Position numbers and translations under genes: made by a program
Shown: positions 59,873-64,000 of the stretch, piece by piece
How the letters are laid out: each line of letters begins with the position of its first letter
Position numbering within the stretch: the stretch's first letter is position 1
Source: Candidatus Multivorans sp.
GTDB lineage: Bacteria > Acidobacteriota > Thermoanaerobaculia > Multivoradales > Multivoraceae
DNA: 64,000 bases
Assembly: GCA_965247095.1 (NCBI GenBank)
Contig: OZ251997.1
Coordinates: 4,128,001-4,192,000 of the forward strand
Reading direction: 5' to 3'
Notes under the pieces: model-generated
Seen by the model: only the letters and a program-made list of their open reading frames with translations
Database searches by the model: none
Told to the model about the DNA's origin: nothing

Positions 59873-60832
59873 TCAGATCCAGTCGCGGCGGACCAGGAAC
59901 TCCGAGACGAGGCGCGCTTCGGGGGACCCTGGTTCGGGTTCGTGGTCGTACCGCCAAGCCGCCAGCGGCGGCAGCGACGCGAGGATCGACTCGGTGCGGG
60001 CTCGCGCCTGCAGTCCGTAACGCGTGCCGCGGTCGTACACCAGGTTGAACTCCACGTAGCGCCCGCGGCGGTAGAGCTGGAAGGCGCGCTGCTGCTCGCC
60101 GTATTGCCGGTCCTTGCGGCGTTCGAGGATCGGCAGGTAGGCGGGCAGGAAGTGATCGCCGACGCTGCGGGCGAAAGCGAAGCAGCGCTCGAAGCGGTCG
60201 AGTTCCGGCGGTCGCTCCAGCCGGTTCAGGTCGTCGAAGAAGAGCCCGCCCACGCCGCGCATCTCCTGCCGGTGGGGGAGGAAGAAGTACTCGTCGCAGG
60301 CCGCCTTGTAGCGGTTGTAGAGGTCATCGCCGAACGGTGCGCAGGCTTCGGCCGCCGTGCGATGCCAGTGGATCGCGTCCTCCTCGAATCCGTAGTAGGG
60401 CGTCAGGTCGAAACCGCCGCCGAACCACCAGCCCCCCTCGTCGGCCTCGTTGGCGCCGGCCGGTGGGTGGGCGATGAAGAAGCGGATGTTTGCGTGACTG
60501 GTCGGAGCGTAGGGGTTGCGCGGATGGACGATCAGGGAAATCGATGTTGCCTCGAAGCTGCGCCCCGCGAGTTCCGGGCGCCGCTCGGTGGCGGCGAGGG
60601 GCAGGGAGTCGCCGCGCGAGTGGCTGAAGTTGACCGCCGCCTTCTCGATCACGTCGCCGTCGGTGAGCACCCGCGGTCTGGCCACGCCGCCGCGTTCGTT
60701 CGTGAGTTCCCGGGCGTCGAAGGCGCCGCCGTCGATCTCGACCAGGGCGTCGCAGATCCGGTTCTGGAGTTCCCGAAAGTAGGCGGCAACGAGCCCGGGC
60801 GCCGCGGCGTCCGTACGGGCCGTGGCGGTCAC
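59873..60832 (-). CDS. hemF: Oxygen-dependent coproporphyrinogen III oxidase
   Basis: [56 protein letters not shown]. Confidence 0.96.
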   Translation of the reverse strand: MTATARTDAAAPGLVAAYFRELQNRICDALVEIDGGAFDARELTNERGGVARPRVLTDGDVIEKAAVNFSHSRGDSLPLAATERRPELAGRSFEATSISLIVHPRNPYAPTSHANIRFFIAHPPAGANEADEGGWWFGGGFDLTPYYGFEEDAIHWHRTAAEACAPFGDDLYNRYKAACDEYFFLPHRQEMRGVGGLFFDDLNRLERPPELDRFERCFAFARSVGDHFLPAYLPILERRKDRQYGEQQRAFQLYRRGRYVEFNLVYDRGTRYGLQARARTESILASLPPLAAWRYDHEPEPGSPEARLVSEFLVRRDWI

Positions 60833-62127
60833 GGCGTGGGGATGTCCGCCAGCGCCTCGCCGACGGCGCCGGCGAAGCCGGCCAGCGTTTCCTCGTCGTG
60901 CGCGAGGGACAGGAAGCCGACCTCGTACGCGGAAGGGGCGAGCATGTAGCCGCGATCGAGGAGGCCGCGGTGGAGCAGCGCGAAGATCTCGGCGGTGTTC
61001 GGGTGGAAGCTGTCCGTCCGTCGCGGCAGCTCTCCGTCGCCGTAGGCGAGCCAGAAGATGGAGCCGTAGCGGACCAGGCGGTAGGGGTGGCCGCTCGATG
61101 CAAGGACGGGGCCGAGTTCGCGGTCGAGCAACGACCCCAGTGCGTCCATGCGGTCCCAGCCGTCGTTGGCCTGCAGTTCGCGCAGGGTGGCAAGCCCCGC
61201 GGCGACGGCCAGCGGATTCCCGGACAGGGTGCCGGCCTGGTAGACGGGGCCGAGGGGCGAGAGTCGATCCATCAGATGCGCCGGCCCGCCGTAGGCGCCG
61301 ACCGGCAGCCCGCCGCCGATCACTTTGCCCAGGGTGTAGAGATCGGGTTCGATGCCGAGCCTCGCGCCGACGGTGATGCCAGGGACCCGGAAGCCACTCA
61401 GCACTTCGTCGAGGATCAGCAGCGCGCCGTGTTCGGTGCACCGGCGGCGCAGTCGCTCGAGGTACTCCGGACGCTGCACCAGCAGGCCATTGTTCGCGGG
61501 CAGGGGCTCGATGATGACGGCCGCGAGCCCGTCACCGTGGCGGCGGAACGCTTCGTCCAGCGCGTCGTCGTCGTCGAGCGGCAGGACGATCGTGTCGCGG
61601 GCGGTGGCCGCCGGGATGCCGGCGCTCGACGCGATCCCGAAGGTGGCGAGGCCGCTTCCGGCTTCGACCAGGAGCGCGTCGACGTGACCGTGGTAGCAGC
61701 CCTCGAACTTGAGCACCAGGTCGCGGCCGGTGCAGCCGCGCGCGAGCCGGATCGCGGACTGGGTCGCCTCGGTGCCCGAGTTGACGAAACGGATCTTCTC
61801 GATGCCGGGGACGAGTTCCTTGACCGTTCGCGCCAGCTCGACCTCGCCTTCGTGCGGTGCGGCGAAGGAAGTGCCGCGTGCGGCGGCCTCCCGCACCGCC
61901 TCGACGACCGCCGGATGACTGTGTCCCAGCACCAGGGGCCCGAACGAGCCGATGAAGTCGACGTAGCTCCGGCCGTCGACGGAGCGCATCACCGCGCCCT
62001 CGGCGTCGGCGATGAAGGGCGGCGTGCCGCCGACGGCGCGGTAGGCGCGTACCGGGCTGTTCACGCCGCCGACCAAGTGCCGCTGCGCCTCCGCCCAGAG
62101 TTCCTCGCTGGTTCTTCCGGCGCTCAT
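60829..62127 (-). CDS. hemL: Glutamate-1-semialdehyde 2,1-aminomutase
   Basis: [64 protein letters not shown]. Confidence 0.97.
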   Translation of the reverse strand: MSAGRTSEELWAEAQRHLVGGVNSPVRAYRAVGGTPPFIADAEGAVMRSVDGRSYVDFIGSFGPLVLGHSHPAVVEAVREAAARGTSFAAPHEGEVELARTVKELVPGIEKIRFVNSGTEATQSAIRLARGCTGRDLVLKFEGCYHGHVDALLVEAGSGLATFGIASSAGIPAATARDTIVLPLDDDDALDEAFRRHGDGLAAVIIEPLPANNGLLVQRPEYLERLRRRCTEHGALLILDEVLSGFRVPGITVGARLGIEPDLYTLGKVIGGGLPVGAYGGPAHLMDRLSPLGPVYQAGTLSGNPLAVAAGLATLRELQANDGWDRMDALGSLLDRELGPVLASSGHPYRLVRYGSIFWLAYGDGELPRRTDSFHPNTAEIFALLHRGLLDRGYMLAPSAYEVGFLSLAHDEETLAGFAGAVGEALADIPTP

Positions 62128-63974
62128 CCGGATGCCTCCGCGAGCAGGTCGCCGCCTACTTCTTCATGCCACAGCCGTTCGATTCCGGCCGCGGTCGGTT
62201 CCTGTGCGCACTTCACGTTGCCGACACCTGCCTGTTCGAGTGCTTCGGCCGTCGCCGTTCCGATCGCCCAGCAGCTTCCCGGCCAGTCCAGGTCCGAGGC
62301 GGCGAAGGCGTCGACGGCGGATGGAGCGGTGAAGAGTACGCGCGCCCGCTCGGCTTGCCAACCCTCGGGCCAGGCGAGGTCTCGGCTGGGTCGGACGGAG
62401 TAGGCCGGCCAGGCCACTACGTTCCTCCCCTCCTTCTCGAGAGCCGCGATCAGCGGACGGCCGCCGCGGGCGGAGTGGGGCACGAACAGCGGGTTCGCAG
62501 GATCCAGTACGCGGACCACGTAGGAGGCGAAGTCGAGGCCGCCCCGGGAGTCCGCGGCCAGGTTCGGCGGTACGCCGGCCGCGAGCAGGGCGCGGGCGGT
62601 GCCTTCACCGAGCGCGCACCAGGGGAGCCGTCCCCAGATGGGGTCTCGTTCCGCTCGGGCCGCCACCACCCGCGCCGCGGCGGGGGAGGAGACGAGCAGC
62701 CACGGCCACTGCCGGCGCGGGCGCTCCAGGTCGATGCGATCCGCCGGCCAGGCGCCCTCGAAGACCTCGACCTCGGTCGCCGGCAGCGCTGCGACGCGGG
62801 TGGTTTCCGGGAGCAGGCGGGTCAGGCGGCGGATGCCCGCGGCGGCGGTGGTCACGATCAGATCGGGGGTCTGGGCGGATCCCAGGGGGCGAGACGGACT
62901 CGTCCCCTGGTCCCGCAGGTTCCGTTCGATCCGCTCGGCGAGGGCGTCGAGATCAATGTCGTCGCCGGTCCGGTTGGCGGAGGCTTCGGCGTGGATGAGC
63001 TGGGGCGCTTCGCCCGCCGCGGCAGGTTCGCGCCAGTCGTCGGGGGCGATGGCGGCGTGGACCTCCTGGAGAGCCTGCTGTTTGCCTGCGCCGGCGCCGG
63101 TTCGGGCCCAGGCCCCGAAGGGACGCTGGCAGCCACCTCCGAGCCGGCCCAGCAGAGAGCGCTCGGCGAAAGCCGCAGTCCGGGTCGGCGGATCGTCGAG
63201 CCGCGCCAGAGCCGGATGCCCGTCGAGCCTGCCTCCGCGCAGGATCTGTACCGCGAGCGCGCCCTGGCCGGGAGCGCAGGGCCAGGATCGGAGGTCCAGG
63301 CGGAAGCCGGGGATGGGGGTGGCGTCCGGGTGCAGCCCGCCGTTGCGGGCCAACCGAAGGATCCCCGCCTCCGCGGCGAGGAGAGCCGAGATCGCGCCGC
63401 CTTGGAGCCACTCGAGCCGGCGGCCGACCGAGCCGCGCACGGCGCAACAGACGAGGTCGGGGCGCACGGCCAACGCACCGGCCTGACGCCGCGGTGACGA
63501 CGTGCCGAGGCGCGCCGCTGCCGGCAGGGCGGCGAACGCCTCGCCTGCCGGAATGGCTGCCTGGGCGGCAGCCCGATCGTCCTGGTCGAGAAGTTCGAAA
63601 AGGGTTGCGTACCCTGCGCCGATCTCGAGGCCCGGCGCGACGAGCAGCAGATCGAACGGCCGCTCCCGTTCGGGTACGGCGGCGATCACGAGATCCGGCT
63701 CGTCATCCACTGGCAGGTCCTTCAGGGAGTGGACCACCAGGTCGACCGTCCCATCCCGGAGCGCCGCGGTCAGTTCGCCGGTGAAGACGCCCTTGGCCTG
63801 CGCGAAGCTGCCGCCGAGGCTGCGGTCGCCCGCAGACGACATGGCCTGCACGACGGCTTCCGTGCCGAGCCGACCGAGCCGGTCCGCGACCAGTTCGGCC
63901 TGAATCCGCGCCAGAGGCGTCGCTCGAGTACCGATGACGATCGGGACCATCGGCATAGGATACGCCCGCTTCAC
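62124..63974 (-). CDS. hemC: Hydroxymethylbilane synthase fused to uroporphyrinogen-III synthase (HemC-HemD)
   Basis: GTR..LA..QA, VHSLKDLP, GTSSPRR, GQGAL, GGCQ.P; then VSSPAA, ALGEGTA, FTAPSAV, AIGTATA. Confidence 0.88.
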   Translation of the reverse strand: MKRAYPMPMVPIVIGTRATPLARIQAELVADRLGRLGTEAVVQAMSSAGDRSLGGSFAQAKGVFTGELTAALRDGTVDLVVHSLKDLPVDDEPDLVIAAVPERERPFDLLLVAPGLEIGAGYATLFELLDQDDRAAAQAAIPAGEAFAALPAAARLGTSSPRRQAGALAVRPDLVCCAVRGSVGRRLEWLQGGAISALLAAEAGILRLARNGGLHPDATPIPGFRLDLRSWPCAPGQGALAVQILRGGRLDGHPALARLDDPPTRTAAFAERSLLGRLGGGCQRPFGAWARTGAGAGKQQALQEVHAAIAPDDWREPAAAGEAPQLIHAEASANRTGDDIDLDALAERIERNLRDQGTSPSRPLGSAQTPDLIVTTAAAGIRRLTRLLPETTRVAALPATEVEVFEGAWPADRIDLERPRRQWPWLLVSSPAAARVVAARAERDPIWGRLPWCALGEGTARALLAAGVPPNLAADSRGGLDFASYVVRVLDPANPLFVPHSARGGRPLIAALEKEGRNVVAWPAYSVRPSRDLAWPEGWQAERARVLFTAPSAVDAFAASDLDWPGSCWAIGTATAEALEQAGVGNVKCAQEPTAAGIERLWHEEVGGDLLAEASG

Positions 63975-64000
63975 GAGTCCACTAGAGTTGCCAGCGTCGC
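63971..64000 (-). CDS. 3' end of an upstream gene coupled to hemC (possibly hemB)
   Basis: ...ATLATLVDS* TGA overlaps the hemC GTG; identity guessed from context only. Confidence 0.3.
   Translation of the reverse strand, partial: ATLATLVDS

Noticed and set aside
1-64000. rRNA, tRNA or CRISPR loci
   Set aside because: None recognisable by eye in the intergenic regions.

Overview
High-GC bacterial chromosome segment. Tandem 'Acidobacterial' VWA proteins, an ECF/FecR anti-sigma/ABC cluster and a Calx-beta/Fn3 barrel protein suggest Acidobacteriota, possibly host- or sponge-associated (inference). Core blocks: a coupled hisA-hisF-hisIE-trpEGDCFBA operon (1-8.8 kb), trehalose genes (GH15, otsB, otsA), msrP, ampG, glcDE, an aldehyde dehydrogenase and a heme operon (hemCD-hemL-hemF-hemH-hemA-hemE-hemY). 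Accessory patches lie between them. The best candidate for an undescribed system is a lower-GC island at about 46.8-52.3 kb. It holds a small protein + PIN pair, then an operon headed by a perfect 12-bp inverted repeat that encodes a putative winged-helix protein and an ~840-aa GHKL (MORC/Hsp90-like) ATPase with no visible nuclease, tail-to-tail with an SPPY-type (N4-C) DNA methyltransferase. Other notable items: a 33-bp REP-like palindrome that has entered trpC and glcE in frame, a degenerate Dph6-like PP-loop domain fused to an AraC HTH next to small ORFs, an Xre/MbcA-RES toxin-antitoxin module inside the heme operon read in frame with hemH, and an SBD-HNH phosphorothioate-dependent-type nuclease. 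All calls come from reading motifs by eye; no database searches were run.
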